The notes beneath the pieces are model-generated. The model ran no database searches. It was not told the DNA's origin and saw only the letters and a program-made list of their open reading frames with translations. A DNA stretch of 64,000 bases from the NCBI GenBank assembly GCA_030019415.1, contig JASEEX010000002.1, forward strand, positions 3,823 through 67,822, in the 5' to 3' direction. The stretch comes from Thermodesulfovibrionales bacterium (lineage in GTDB: Bacteria > Nitrospirota > Thermodesulfovibrionia > Thermodesulfovibrionales > SM23-35). A program made the translations under genes and the position numbers. The number at the start of each line of letters is the position of its first letter. Positions within the stretch are counted from its first letter, which is position 1. Positions 38,044 through 48,151 of this stretch are shown piece after piece.

Positions 38044-39558
38044 GTGACCCACGACATTCACCCCGCTCCACAAGAAGCCATGGGTGTAAACCCGTGGAGG
38101 AATAGGAAACTATCCCGAAGGGTATATCCCAAAGCAACCCCGAGATTGGTCGGTGTAAAGCTGTGGAGCGGGGTTCACGAAGAGTGTGGTATATTCGGGG
38201 TGTATGGGCATCCTGAGGCAACAAATCTTACATACCTCGGATTATATGCACTTCAGCACAGGGGGCAGGAGGGCTCGGGCATATGCTCATCCGATGGAAG
38301 GCATCTCTTTCTTGAAAAATCCAGGGGACTCGTTGCTGATATCTTCAACGAAAAAAGGCTGAGGAGGCTTCCTGGCCATATAGCAATAGGGCATAACAGA
38401 TATTCTACGGCCGGAAGCAGTATCTTGAAGAATGTCCAGCCCATAGTTGCAAACTTTGCCCTCGGCACCCTTGCGATAGCGCACAATGGAAACCTTGTTA
38501 ATGCGTTAAAGCTCAGGGCATCCCTCGAGGATGAAGGGGCAATATTTCAGTCCACCTCAGACAGTGAAGTTATTGTACATCTTATAGCCCATTCAAAGGG
38601 AGATTTTTATGAGAGGGTCCTTCATGCGCTGAAACAGATAAGCGGTGCCTTCAGCCTTTTAATACTCAGGGAAAAGGAACTCATTGCTGTAAGGGACCCT
38701 TATGGTGTAAGGCCACTTTCTCTCGGTATGAAAGATGGTGCATATATTGTTGCATCAGAGACCTGTGCCTTTGACCTTATAGGGGCTATTTATATAAGGG
38801 ACATAGAGCCAGGGGAGGTTCTCATCATAGGGGAGGAGGGTTTGAGGTCTCTGAGGCTGCTAAACAGTACGAGGAGGGCCTTCTGCGTATTCGAGTTCAT
38901 CTATTTTTCGAGACCTGATAGCAATATATTTGGTGGGGTGAATGTGAATGAGATGAGGAAGGAATTTGGGAGGCAACTTGCAAGGGAGTCTCATACTGAG
39001 GCAGACCTTGTTATACCCGTGCCTGACTCCGGGGTACCTGCAGCAATAGGTTTTTCGGAGGAGAGCAAGATACCTTTTGATTTTGGCCTTATAAGGAACC
39101 ATTATGTTGGGAGGACATTCATAGAGCCAAAGCATAGCATAAGGCATTTCGGTGTTAAGATAAAGCTCAACCCTGTAAGGAAGCTTCTTGAGGGAAAGAG
39201 GTTGGTTGTTATAGACGACTCAATAGTAAGGGGGACGACGAGCAAGAAGATAGTGAAGATGCTCAGGGAAGGAGGGGGTGCAGCAGGGGTACATCTGATG
39301 ATAAGTTCTCCTCCTACCATTGGGCCCTGCTTTTATGGTATAGACACACCCACGAGGAAGGAACTCATCGCATCCACTCACCTCATTGAGGAGGTTCGGA
39401 AATACATAACTGCTGATTCCCTGGCCTATTTAAGCCTCGAGGGGCTCAAAAAGATAGTCCCCGATCCTCAAGATTACTGTACTGCTTGTTTTGATAACAA
39501 CTACCCTCTTAGTTTCCCTGGAGAACACCTTGAACAGATGGATTTGTTATTCAGGTAG
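38044..39558 (+). CDS. purF: Amidophosphoribosyltransferase (start codon uncertain; catalytic Cys codon at 38185)
   Basis: Motifs [16 protein letters not shown], the PRTase loop [12 protein letters not shown], and C-terminal Cys ligands. The 47 codons upstream of the catalytic Cys are almost entirely MITE sequence. Alternative starts are the ATG at 38080 or the TTG at 38146. Confidence 0.9.
   Translation: MTHDIHPAPQEAMGVNPWRNRKLSRRVYPKATPRLVGVKLWSGVHEECGIFGVYGHPEATNLTYLGLYALQHRGQEGSGICSSDGRHLFLEKSRGLVADIFNEKRLRRLPGHIAIGHNRYSTAGSSILKNVQPIVANFALGTLAIAHNGNLVNALKLRASLEDEGAIFQSTSDSEVIVHLIAHSKGDFYERVLHALKQISGAFSLLILREKELIAVRDPYGVRPLSLGMKDGAYIVASETCAFDLIGAIYIRDIEPGEVLIIGEEGLRSLRLLNSTRRAFCVFEFIYFSRPDSNIFGGVNVNEMRKEFGRQLARESHTEADLVIPVPDSGVPAAIGFSEESKIPFDFGLIRNHYVGRTFIEPKHSIRHFGVKIKLNPVRKLLEGKRLVVIDDSIVRGTTSKKIVKMLREGGGAAGVHLMISSPPTIGPCFYGIDTPTRKELIASTHLIEEVRKYITADSLAYLSLEGLKKIVPDPQDYCTACFDNNYPLSFPGEHLEQMDLLFR
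38058..38178. mobile_element. MITE-like element, family B variant (CCCCGCTCCAC termini), forming the purF 5' end
   Basis: attcaccccgctccac (38058-38072) pairs with gtggagcggggttcac (38163-38178) as inverted repeats. Confidence 0.7.
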
Positions 39559-39564
39559 GAACAG

Positions 39565-40701
39565 GTGATAACCTCACCACTGAGGGACATATTCAGGATT
39601 AATCTCGATGTAAAAAAATACGAGAGGGTTCTTCTATTTACTGACAGACCTTCAGAAGAGGAGATAGATGAATCAGATAAAGAGCGAAGGTTGAAGTTAA
39701 GATGTCTCTCTATATTTGCTGCCGAGATAGGTAAGAATTTCTGTAAGACAGTCCTATTCCATGAGTATCCTGCTACAGGCAGCCATGGCGCAGAACCACC
39801 AGAAGAACTCTGGGAGCTTGCCTTCGGGAGGAAGACGGTTGAGGCCTTAAAGAAAGAGGGGCTCCTTCTTCCTATTCTTATGAAGGATGCAAAGGATAGT
39901 GATATGAAAAGGGCGGAGGACATCATCAGAAGGCATAAAAATAATGCCGTGAACTGTGTGATTGCCCTTTCAAATTATTCCACGAGCCATACGAGTTTCA
40001 GGGATTTCCTGACGAGGATTTGCGGCTGCCGATATGCGAGCATGCCTCTCTTTGATATCTCGATGCTCGAGTGTGCCATGAATGTTGACTGGAGGGCCCT
40101 CGCAAAAAGGACGAGAGGGCTTGCAAGGGAAGTAAACAAGGCTGAGTTTATAGAAGTAAAGACCTTAAATGGCTCCTATATCTCTTTCTCAAAAAGGGGA
40201 AGGAGGGCAAAATCGGATACAGGGATTCTTACAAGACCAGGCTCTTTTGGCAACCTTCCAGCTGGTGAGGTCTTCCTCGCACCCTTAGAAGGGACAGCCA
40301 AAGGCAGACTCATCCTCGAGTGGGCTCCAACAAGGCGGCTTAAATCTCCCATAACCCTTACTGTTAAGGACGGCTATGTCGTGGATGTTGAGGGTAAAGA
40401 TGAGTATGCTGAATATCTTAGAGCAAAACTTTATGAAAAGAAAGAAAATAGAAATATTGCCGAGTTTGGCATAGGCACGAATGACCATGCTACGAGGCCG
40501 GACAATATCCTTGAGTCAGAAAAGATCCTTGGAACCATACATATAGCCCTCGGCGACAATAGCTCCTTTGGCGGAAAGATCAAAACACCTTTTCATCAGG
40601 ACTTCGTTTTTTTTAAGCCAACGGTGAAATTAATTCATAAGGATGGTAGTAAAAATACTATTCTTAAGTCGGGCAGACTCCTCTGCAGGGAGTGCATATG
40701 A
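39565..40701 (+). CDS. Peptidase M29-like aminopeptidase (AmpS/PepS family)
   Basis: Motifs GNLPAGEVFLAP, EFGIGTN, IHIALGDN and PFHQDFV, as in thermophilic metallo-aminopeptidases. GTG start. The call is made from memory of family motifs. Confidence 0.55.
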   Translation: MITSPLRDIFRINLDVKKYERVLLFTDRPSEEEIDESDKERRLKLRCLSIFAAEIGKNFCKTVLFHEYPATGSHGAEPPEELWELAFGRKTVEALKKEGLLLPILMKDAKDSDMKRAEDIIRRHKNNAVNCVIALSNYSTSHTSFRDFLTRICGCRYASMPLFDISMLECAMNVDWRALAKRTRGLAREVNKAEFIEVKTLNGSYISFSKRGRRAKSDTGILTRPGSFGNLPAGEVFLAPLEGTAKGRLILEWAPTRRLKSPITLTVKDGYVVDVEGKDEYAEYLRAKLYEKKENRNIAEFGIGTNDHATRPDNILESEKILGTIHIALGDNSSFGGKIKTPFHQDFVFFKPTVKLIHKDGSKNTILKSGRLLCRECI

Positions 40702-41687
40702 GAACCCTTTCCCTCGGCTATTCCCCATGCCCCAATGATACTTTCATATTCTATGCCCTCGTCCGCGGGAAGATCGATACAGAGAATATGGGTTTTAAAG
40801 AGGCCCTGCTAGATGTTGAGACCCTTAATCAGATGGCTTTGCGCTCCGAACTCGATATTACAAAGATTTCATATCATGCCTTCGGCCATCTCCGTGAAGA
40901 CTACTGCCTCCTCCGCTCTGGCAGCGCAATAGGCAGAGGCTGTGGGCCTCTGGTAGTTGCAAAGGAGGACTACACCTTGAAGGACTTAAGGGGGAAAAGG
41001 ATAGCAATCCCTGGCAGGCTTACAACGGCAAACCTGCTTTTACAGCTATTTTCTTCAATCTTCAACCTTCAACCTTCAAATCCCCCTCTACCCCCCTTTA
41101 CCCCGTTAGAAAGCCCTGCCATTTGTGGCGGGGATGATATAGGTAAAATCTCAATTCCTTATAGAAAAGACGGGGCTTTAACCCCGCCTTTTCTAACGGG
41201 GTTTACTAAAGGGGGGCGGGGGGGGATTATTGAAATGCCTTTTAATAAGATCATGGATGCAGTTGTGAAGGGAGATGTGGATGCAGGACTGATAATCCAT
41301 GAAGGAAGATTTACCTATCCTTCTTACGGCTTGAAGAAAGTTTTAGACCTCGGCGAGTGGTGGGAAAATGATACAGGGTTACCTGTACCCCTCGGCGGTG
41401 TACTTGCTAAGAGGAATCTGGGAAAAGACCTGATAAAGAGGGCCGATTCAGTTATAAGAAAGAGTATTGAGTATGCATTAAAACATAGGGATGAGCCAAA
41501 GTTCTATATAAAACAGCACTCCCAGGAACTCGAAGAGGAAGTTATAGAGCAGCATATAACTCTCTATGTGAATGATTATTCTTTAGATATTGGTGAGGAA
41601 GGGTTATCAGCCGTTAGAGAGCTCCTCAGAAAGGCGGAAATGAAAGGGATTATCAAGGGATCGAGAAACTCTCTATGCGTTACGTAA
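40698..41687 (+). CDS. mqnD: 1,4-dihydroxy-6-naphthoate synthase (MqnD), carrying a ~59-codon repeat-derived insertion
   Basis: [57 protein letters not shown] and [13 protein letters not shown] are collinear with the remembered Thermus MqnD. There is an ATGA overlap with the upstream gene. Confidence 0.7.
   Translation: MRTLSLGYSPCPNDTFIFYALVRGKIDTENMGFKEALLDVETLNQMALRSELDITKISYHAFGHLREDYCLLRSGSAIGRGCGPLVVAKEDYTLKDLRGKRIAIPGRLTTANLLLQLFSSIFNLQPSNPPLPPFTPLESPAICGGDDIGKISIPYRKDGALTPPFLTGFTKGGRGGIIEMPFNKIMDAVVKGDVDAGLIIHEGRFTYPSYGLKKVLDLGEWWENDTGLPVPLGGVLAKRNLGKDLIKRADSVIRKSIEYALKHRDEPKFYIKQHSQELEEEVIEQHITLYVNDYSLDIGEEGLSAVRELLRKAEMKGIIKGSRNSLCVT
41053..41080. repeat. Tandem 7-nt array CTTCAAC x4 inside mqnD
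   Basis: cttcaat cttcaac cttcaac cttcaaa encodes [10 protein letters not shown]. It directly precedes the intragenic MITE. Confidence 0.9.
41081..41225. mobile_element. MITE-like element, family A, in-frame inside mqnD
   Basis: The core inverted termini are tttaccccgttagaaa (41097-) and tttctaacggggtttac (-41206). They are extended by complementary C-rich and G-rich tracts (ccccctctacccccc / ggggggcggggggg). The element has no stop codon in the mqnD frame. Confidence 0.75.
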
Positions 41688-43555
41688 TCCTCGGGACTGC
41701 AGGCCATATAGACCACGGAAAGAGTGCCCTCGTAAAGGCCCTGACAGGCATAGACCCTGACAGGCTTAAGGAGGAGAAGGAAAGGGGCATCACGATTGAC
41801 CTCGGTTTTGCAGACCTCAGTTATCCCGATGGCCTTATTATTGGGATTGTAGATGTCCCGGGACATGAGAAGCTCGTCAGGAACATGCTTGCAGGTGCAG
41901 GCGGGATAGACCTCGTGCTTCTTGTGATTGCTGCTGATGAAGGTATTATGCCGCAGAGCCGTGAGCATTTACATATATGTGATCTCCTGAAGATCAAATC
42001 AGGTCTCATTGCAATCACAAAGGCAGACCTTGTAGAGAATGAATGGCTTGAGCTTGCAAAGGATGAAGTGAAGGATTTTGTAAAAGATACATTCCTCGAG
42101 GAGGCACCGATAGTGCCTGTCTCATCAAAAACGATGTTTAATATAGATCTCCTTAAAGAAGAGATAAGAGCTGTAGCATTAAGGGTCGAACCAAAGCCAA
42201 CGAAAGGTCTCTTCAGGCTTCCCATAGATAGGGTCTTTACGTTAAAGGGATTTGGAACTGTTATCACGGGAACTGCTGTATCCGGAAGCATTTCCGTTGA
42301 CGATACTGTGGAAATACTTCCGAGCAATATCAAGAGCAGGGTTCGTGGGCTCCACAGCCACGGCAGACCCATACAAAGAGCGTGTGCAGGGCAGAGGGTG
42401 GCGATAAATCTTCAGGGAGTAGAAAAAGAGGAGTTAAAAAGGGGAGATACCATTGTTTTGCCCAGAAGGTTTATCCCTACAAAGACAGTTGATGCAAAGG
42501 TAGAGCTCCTTCGGGGTGCGCCAGCTCTTAAGCATAAAGGCCTTGTCCATCTCCATCTCGCCACATCAGAGACTATAGCGAGAGTCATCCTCTATGGCAA
42601 GGATGAACTCAAACCAGGCGGTAGTTGCTACTGCCAGCTCAGACTTCAGGACCCTGTTGTATCCATGTCTGGAGATAGATATATCATCAGGAGATTTTCC
42701 CCTGTTGAGACGATTGGTGGAGGAGAAGTACTCGACCCATCTCCACCGAGGAGGAGACACAAGGATGGAGCTGAAGACCTGACGACATTCGAGAAAGGCA
42801 GCCTTAGTGATAAGATTTCTTTAAAGGTTCTATACTCAGGGCTTCACGGTATCTCTACAATGGCTATTGAGGGATGGATAAAGGCTGAAACCCCAGCGAT
42901 AAAAGATTCTATAGAGATACTCATAGAAAAGGGGCTCATCCTGAATATAGAAGATGTACTTATTCATAAGACCGTTTTTGATGCCTTTAGGGAAGGGGTT
43001 CTTCAGACCCTGAAGGATTTTCACGCGAAAAACCCCCTGAAACCCGGAATGCCTAAAGAGGAGCTCAGAGTCACATTAAATATAGAACCCAGACTCTTTG
43101 GCGGACTGATTGCATCACTTAAAGATACCGCTATAGAGAAGGAGATAGTCCGTCTCGGGACCTTCAGTATGGCCCTATCCCGCGCAGAGGAGACACTAAG
43201 GGCTAAGATACTGGAGCTCCTGCAGAAAGGTGGATTTCAACCTCCGACTAAAGAAGAATTATCTCAATCTCTCAAGCTGGATCAGAAACATATTTCAGAT
43301 ATATTAAAACTCATGGTGAAAGAGGGGGGTCTTGTAAGGATTAACGAATCTATGTATCTGACTGCCTCTGTTTATAATAACATGATCGAAATCCTAAAGA
43401 ATTTCTTCAGTAAAAAGCCTGAAATGACCGTAGCAGAATTTAGAGACATCCTCGGCACGACAAGAAAGTATGTTATTCCCTTTTTGGAATACCTTGATTC
43501 AAATAAGATTACATTAAGAGTTGAGGATATAAGGAAGTTCCTGCTCAGACCCTAA
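41675..43555 (+). CDS. selB: Selenocysteine-specific elongation factor
   Basis: GTPase motifs [19 protein letters not shown]-Tu-like domains II/III are followed by a C-terminal winged-helix extension. 626 aa. Confidence 0.9.
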   Translation: MRYVILGTAGHIDHGKSALVKALTGIDPDRLKEEKERGITIDLGFADLSYPDGLIIGIVDVPGHEKLVRNMLAGAGGIDLVLLVIAADEGIMPQSREHLHICDLLKIKSGLIAITKADLVENEWLELAKDEVKDFVKDTFLEEAPIVPVSSKTMFNIDLLKEEIRAVALRVEPKPTKGLFRLPIDRVFTLKGFGTVITGTAVSGSISVDDTVEILPSNIKSRVRGLHSHGRPIQRACAGQRVAINLQGVEKEELKRGDTIVLPRRFIPTKTVDAKVELLRGAPALKHKGLVHLHLATSETIARVILYGKDELKPGGSCYCQLRLQDPVVSMSGDRYIIRRFSPVETIGGGEVLDPSPPRRRHKDGAEDLTTFEKGSLSDKISLKVLYSGLHGISTMAIEGWIKAETPAIKDSIEILIEKGLILNIEDVLIHKTVFDAFREGVLQTLKDFHAKNPLKPGMPKEELRVTLNIEPRLFGGLIASLKDTAIEKEIVRLGTFSMALSRAEETLRAKILELLQKGGFQPPTKEELSQSLKLDQKHISDILKLMVKEGGLVRINESMYLTASVYNNMIEILKNFFSKKPEMTVAEFRDILGTTRKYVIPFLEYLDSNKITLRVEDIRKFLLRP

Positions 43556-44130
43556 TCCGTTCCGCTGATTATTCTTTTTGCCTTGAGAAATTCCCTGTTT
43601 TTTATGGATTCAAGGTAAATCCTTACGAGGTCAAGGACATTCTTATAGAGAAGGAAGTTTGAAGAAAGTTCCAGGAATAGTTCTCTGTGGGTGAATTCTG
43701 AGGCAATTCTGTAGGATCGTTGACCCTGCAGCATATAATATTTAGAAAGGCTTGTATCAGGTATGACCAACCTCCCGAGGATAAGCTCCTTGCCCCTTTT
43801 TCTGGAAAGGGCCTCAGGGAACATGCCGAGCATGAAGAGAGTATAATCTCCAATGTGTTTATGAACCTGAAATTCCCTTGAGAAACTTTGCGCCTTGAGG
43901 AGCACATCGCCTTCTGAGAGCAGATCAGCTATATCTTCAAGACTTTTTCCTGTCGTATCCTTAATTCTATAGAGATTATCAACGTGAATGAACTCACATA
44001 ATATCTGCTCTTCTAAATAGTCTGCAACCTCAGTCTTGTCTGAGGGATTAAATCTGAGCCCGAAATCCAGAGCCCTTCTGAAAAGCCCTCTCAAAGGGTG
44101 CCCTGGATCAATATTTGTCCTTCTTAACAT
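43552..44130 (-). CDS. Hypothetical protein (192 aa)
   Basis: A long ORF with no competing frame and a plausible codon pattern. I recognise no motif. Confidence 0.45.
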   Translation of the reverse strand: MLRRTNIDPGHPLRGLFRRALDFGLRFNPSDKTEVADYLEEQILCEFIHVDNLYRIKDTTGKSLEDIADLLSEGDVLLKAQSFSREFQVHKHIGDYTLFMLGMFPEALSRKRGKELILGRLVIPDTSLSKYYMLQGQRSYRIASEFTHRELFLELSSNFLLYKNVLDLVRIYLESIKNREFLKAKRIISGTD

Positions 44131-44314
44131 AAAATCTTTTATCCCTTTTGACTATGGAGCCTAGCATAAGACTGCAGTACCTTTACCCCTTCTAACGTAA
44201 GTCTATTTAAATTACTTGAGGGCTGTCAAGTACGTCTCTCGTGCCGTTTCTCTTGAGGTTAGAGAGGAGATATGTTGTATATTAAAAAACTCACTACTTA
44301 GGGGAGGCTTATTG

Positions 44315-45019
44315 ATGAGGATTTTGGCTGCATTCATTTCTACCTTTTTATCCCTTGTGCTTCCAGCCAAGGCACTATCAGATATAATCGTCCACGACAT
44401 TGTTGTTCCCATAGGCAAGGAGGTTATGCTCAGGGCTGAAGTAAAGGGAAGATTCTTCAGCAAAGGTGGCGAGATAGTAGAGTTCTTTGTCAACGGGAAA
44501 TCTATTGGAAAGAGTCTTTCAGGCATGGGTGGTTTTGCCTTCAGACAGTTTATTCCGCCCAAAACCGGCATATATCAAATAAAAGCGAGGGCAGGCAAGG
44601 ACGAAGGTAAGGGATTACTCCTCTCCCTTAGGAGGGGCTCGAGGATTGTCTTTGTTGATGTAGAAGGTAGCCTGTTCGAGAGGTTTTCGAATAAGCCGAG
44701 GCACGGGAGCCAGAAAGTGATGAAAGATCTCCACAGAAGATTTCCAGTTGTCCTTCTCCAAACAGGGCTCCTGAACATAAAGTCCATAAAGGCATGGTTA
44801 AAGAAGAATGGATTCCCTGAGCTACCTGTAGTTACCTGGAGAAATGGTGTAGTGTTTAGTGAGTTTAATGAAAAGGGATTTAAAATCAAGGCAGTAATAG
44901 GAAGCCAAGATGTGATCGATTCTGCAAAGGAATACAAACCTCTTGCCCTTAGCTTCGAAGAGACAGAGGATGCAGTAGAAGTAAGGGATTGGGAGGAGAT
45001 TAGGAAAAAGCTGAAGTGA
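44315..45019 (+). CDS. Hypothetical secreted protein
   Basis: An internal ATG preceded by GGGGAGG gives the signal peptide MRILAAFISTFLSLVLPAKA. The rest is unrecognised. Confidence 0.45.
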   Translation: MRILAAFISTFLSLVLPAKALSDIIVHDIVVPIGKEVMLRAEVKGRFFSKGGEIVEFFVNGKSIGKSLSGMGGFAFRQFIPPKTGIYQIKARAGKDEGKGLLLSLRRGSRIVFVDVEGSLFERFSNKPRHGSQKVMKDLHRRFPVVLLQTGLLNIKSIKAWLKKNGFPELPVVTWRNGVVFSEFNEKGFKIKAVIGSQDVIDSAKEYKPLALSFEETEDAVEVRDWEEIRKKLK

Positions 45020-45048
45020 TTGACAGGACTACTGTTAAAGATGGATAA

Positions 45049-45981
45049 TTGAATATGTCTCAAAGATATAATTCCTTCGGCTCTTATATAAGAAAAAAGT
45101 TTGGCACCAATGTTTATAAGGTAAGTGTAGACGCAGGCTTTACATGCCCTAACAGGGATGGAACAATCGGCACATCAGGCTGCATTTACTGTAACAATGG
45201 CAGTTTCAGGCCGAGTTCATGTAAACCCACCCTATCAATAAGTGAACAGATAAGAAACGGTATCATTTATATTAGAAAAAGATATAAGGCCGAGAAGTTC
45301 CTCGTCTATTTTCAGCCCTATACAAACACCTATGCCCCTGTTGAAGAGCTTGAGCATCTTTATAGAGAGGCGCTTTCTGAATCCTCTGTCACAGGGCTTG
45401 CAATCGGCACGCGTCCTGATTGTGTGGATGAGGAGAAGATCACACTTCTCCAGAACCTCGCGGAGAGGTATTTCATTCTCATTGAGTATGGTATGCAGTC
45501 AATCTATGATAGAACACTCGAGTTCATTAACAGAGGCCACGACTACAATATATTTCTTAAGGCGCTCGATCTGACAACGAACAGGGGTATATTTATTGGT
45601 GTCCATGTCATAGTCGGCTTCCCTACAGAGTCAAAAGAGGAGATGCTTTTAATGGCTGATGAGGTCTCACACATCCCGATTGATTTTCTCAAGATTCATC
45701 AGCTTCAGGTGATAAAAGACACACCCCTTGAGATTATATATAAAGAGAATCCATTTCATTTTTTCGATTATGAGGAGTATCTTGATTTCATCACTGAATT
45801 CATAGGAAGGCTTTCTCCCAGGATAGTGCTACAGAGGCTCTTTGCCACTGCACCTGATAATATCCTGATAGCACCGCGATGGGACAAGAGCAGACAGGGG
45901 ATTTTAAGGGATATAGAAAAGAGGCTCGAATTCAAAGACATCTACCAAGGCAAAAATATGAAAGTTTATGCCAAAATATGA
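45049..45981 (+). CDS. Radical SAM protein, TIGR01212 (YhcC) family
   Basis: Motifs VSVDAGFTCPNRDGTIGTSGCIYCN and GTRPDC, typical of that family. Confidence 0.75.
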   Translation: MNMSQRYNSFGSYIRKKFGTNVYKVSVDAGFTCPNRDGTIGTSGCIYCNNGSFRPSSCKPTLSISEQIRNGIIYIRKRYKAEKFLVYFQPYTNTYAPVEELEHLYREALSESSVTGLAIGTRPDCVDEEKITLLQNLAERYFILIEYGMQSIYDRTLEFINRGHDYNIFLKALDLTTNRGIFIGVHVIVGFPTESKEEMLLMADEVSHIPIDFLKIHQLQVIKDTPLEIIYKENPFHFFDYEEYLDFITEFIGRLSPRIVLQRLFATAPDNILIAPRWDKSRQGILRDIEKRLEFKDIYQGKNMKVYAKI

Positions 45982-45996
45982 TGATTGCTGTTTTTT

Positions 45997-46031
45997 TTAA
46001 CTATCAACTGTTAACTTTTAACTTTTCACTG
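45997..46031. repeat. Intergenic tandem 7-nt array (TTAACTT-type, 5 units) just upstream of tRNA-Arg
   Basis: ttaacta tcaactg ttaactt ttaactt ttcactg. Confidence 0.8.
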
Positions 46032-46038
46032 TCGTAAC

Positions 46039-46115
46039 GCCCCCTTAGCTCAGTAGGATAGAGCACAGGTTTCCTAAACCTGGTGTCGCAGGTTCGATTC
46101 CTGCAGGGGGTACCA
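46039..46115 (+). tRNA. tRNA-Arg (anticodon CCT)
   Basis: Cloverleaf: acceptor gccccct/agggggt, D arm gctc-agtaggata-gagc, anticodon stem caggt/acctg with loop ttCCTaa, T arm gcagg-ttcgatt-cctgc, and an encoded CCA. Confidence 0.9.
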
Positions 46116-46167
46116 CTCCTCAATCCTGTTGCAATCACCCGAGATTTTCCCGTAATATACAGCAATC

Positions 46168-46962
46168 ATGAAGATCCAGGTTCTCAGAAACATTGGCAGA
46201 AGGCTTCTTAAGGAAATTCCAACCATGAGGCTTAGACCGTATACTCAAATAGCTATTGGTGTTGGTGCAGCAGGCGATAAGACCTTCCTTATAGATAAAA
46301 GGGCAGAAGAGATTATTATCTCTGGTCTTGATGAGTCAGGGGAAGCCTTAACACTTATCTCTGAAGAGATTGGTATAAAGGACATAAAAGGCGGAGGTAA
46401 GAAGATTCTTATAGACCCCATTGATGGTAGCAAGAATGCAATCTCGGGAATCCCTTTTTACTGTACATCCGTTGCAGTTGTAAATGGAAATACCCTGGGG
46501 GATATCGAACTCGCATATGTTGTGAACCTCATAAATGGTGATGAGTTCTGGGCAGAGAAGGGCAAGGGCGCATTCTTAAATAGTAAGAGGATATATACAC
46601 AAAGGGACGACGAATTTTATCTTATCGCATACGAGGCGCAGTCCCCTCACAAAGACATTCCACGGATAATTCCACTTCTTTCAAAATCAAGAAAAACCCG
46701 ATGTCTCGGTGCTACCGCACTTGACCTTGCATACCTTGCCTTTGGTGCAATCAGCATCTTTGTTACCCCATCCCTTTCGAGGGGCTTTGACTTCGCAAGT
46801 GGCTATCTGCTTGTAAGGGAGGCCGGAGGGATATTTACGGATATTAAAGGTAATACCATCGAGACCTTCGAAGTCAGCCTTAAAAAAGGTTCCTCACTTC
46901 TCGCATCAGGAAATAAAAGACTCCACGAAAAGGCATTGAGACTCCTGGGTAAACCCCGTTAG
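46168..46962 (+). CDS. suhB: Inositol monophosphatase / fructose-1,6-bisphosphatase family protein
   Basis: Motifs ISEE, LIDPIDGSKN, and ATALDLAYLAFG in an IMPase fold. The stop codon lies inside the adjacent MITE terminus. Confidence 0.75.
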   Translation: MKIQVLRNIGRRLLKEIPTMRLRPYTQIAIGVGAAGDKTFLIDKRAEEIIISGLDESGEALTLISEEIGIKDIKGGGKKILIDPIDGSKNAISGIPFYCTSVAVVNGNTLGDIELAYVVNLINGDEFWAEKGKGAFLNSKRIYTQRDDEFYLIAYEAQSPHKDIPRIIPLLSKSRKTRCLGATALDLAYLAFGAISIFVTPSLSRGFDFASGYLLVREAGGIFTDIKGNTIETFEVSLKKGSSLLASGNKRLHEKALRLLGKPR

Positions 46963-47078
46963 AAGACCTTTCGCCCTTCTAACGGGAATGCTCACACGGG
47001 GCATTGACCCCGTGTTTGCTCGAAAAGGAAATTATTTTCACCCCCGCTGCAAGCAGCGGGGCATTCTAACGGGGTAAA
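46949..47078. mobile_element. MITE-like element, family A (~130 nt)
   Basis: Termini gtaaaccccgttagaa and ttctaacggggtaaa. Internal hairpins are cacacggggcattgaccccgtgt and cccgctgcaagcagcggg. It is collinear with the copy at 59599-59729. Confidence 0.8.
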
Positions 47079-47155
47079 TAGTTCGGTACACAGGCAAGAA
47101 CAGCATTTTATCGGTTGTAATATTTAAATCAAGGACGGTATATTTGGATCGTACA

Positions 47156-48151
47156 TCATGAATCATGTATCATAAATCCTTCTTCAAAAGGGGATTGAGG
47201 TTTAGGACTTTCAACAATAGACTCTCCGGGTATTTCTGTGGATCTGAGTATTTCTGTGGAATAGTAGTATGTGAATATGATAGCAATAACCGCAAGACCG
47301 ATGTAGGTCTGAAAGGCATAAGAGATTAGCTGATATGGAAAAGAAAGGACTATACCTATTACAGGTACCAACTTGAAGGGATAGCCGAGGAGGATCAGGA
47401 GAAAACTTATCAGGATATATCCTCCGAAAAGGAGGGTGTAAAGCCAGAATGCCCTCGGGTGCCTCACCACATAATTTATAGCCTCCTTGAGGGATTTCAC
47501 AGGGCCTATACCTTTAATGGAGAGTGCAGCAGCTCCATACATGGTTATTGAGAGGATTCCGAGAAGGAGGGAGAGTGCAATTATTACCAAGATCAGAGAA
47601 AAAAAGGTACCGAGGAAGAGGGCAAGCGTTGAATCCTGACTTTTAACGAAGGATACTAATGCTGTTACGCCTCCCCCAAAGATTCCGAGAACAAAGGCGG
47701 TAGCAATCAGTATAATGCCTATCACGGCGGTAAAACCAAGCATCGGTAGAAAAAGCCTTTTTGCTTCAGAGAAGAATATGTTCATGGTAAATTTTGGAGT
47801 TTTGTCTCTGAGGGCCCTTCCGATAACACCGATAGAACCCCCAAATACATAAATAGTGAATATCGTAGCTATAAGGATGTACATCAGGAGACCCGCGATA
47901 ACGATAAGGACAAGCCCGAAATACTTAGATATGATTTCAGAAGGCTCCTTAAGCAATTTGAAGATATCTTTTATATTTGTAATTTCTGTAAGGTCAATGC
48001 CGAATATGATAAATGCTACCGCAAGTGGTATACCTACTAAGACAAAAAAAGCGATACCACTTAAGATCACCATGCCGAGCTGGACGAGCACAAGCTGCCA
48101 GTTCCTATGAACCACCCTGAATCCTTCCTTTATAGCATCGATGTATCCCAT
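47156..48151 (-). CDS. Polytopic membrane protein of unknown function
   Basis: About 8 hydrophobic segments. The likely start is MGYIDAIKEGF (48151). I cannot name a family with confidence. Confidence 0.5.
   Translation of the reverse strand: MGYIDAIKEGFRVVHRNWQLVLVQLGMVILSGIAFFVLVGIPLAVAFIIFGIDLTEITNIKDIFKLLKEPSEIISKYFGLVLIVIAGLLMYILIATIFTIYVFGGSIGVIGRALRDKTPKFTMNIFFSEAKRLFLPMLGFTAVIGIILIATAFVLGIFGGGVTALVSFVKSQDSTLALFLGTFFSLILVIIALSLLLGILSITMYGAAALSIKGIGPVKSLKEAINYVVRHPRAFWLYTLLFGGYILISFLLILLGYPFKLVPVIGIVLSFPYQLISYAFQTYIGLAVIAIIFTYYYSTEILRSTEIPGESIVESPKPQSPFEEGFMIHDS

Noticed and set aside
44183-44199. ctttaccccttctaacg as a possible solo or collapsed MITE terminus
   Set aside because: It resembles fused left and right termini, but it is only 17 nt with no partner arm. 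That is too short to distinguish from chance.
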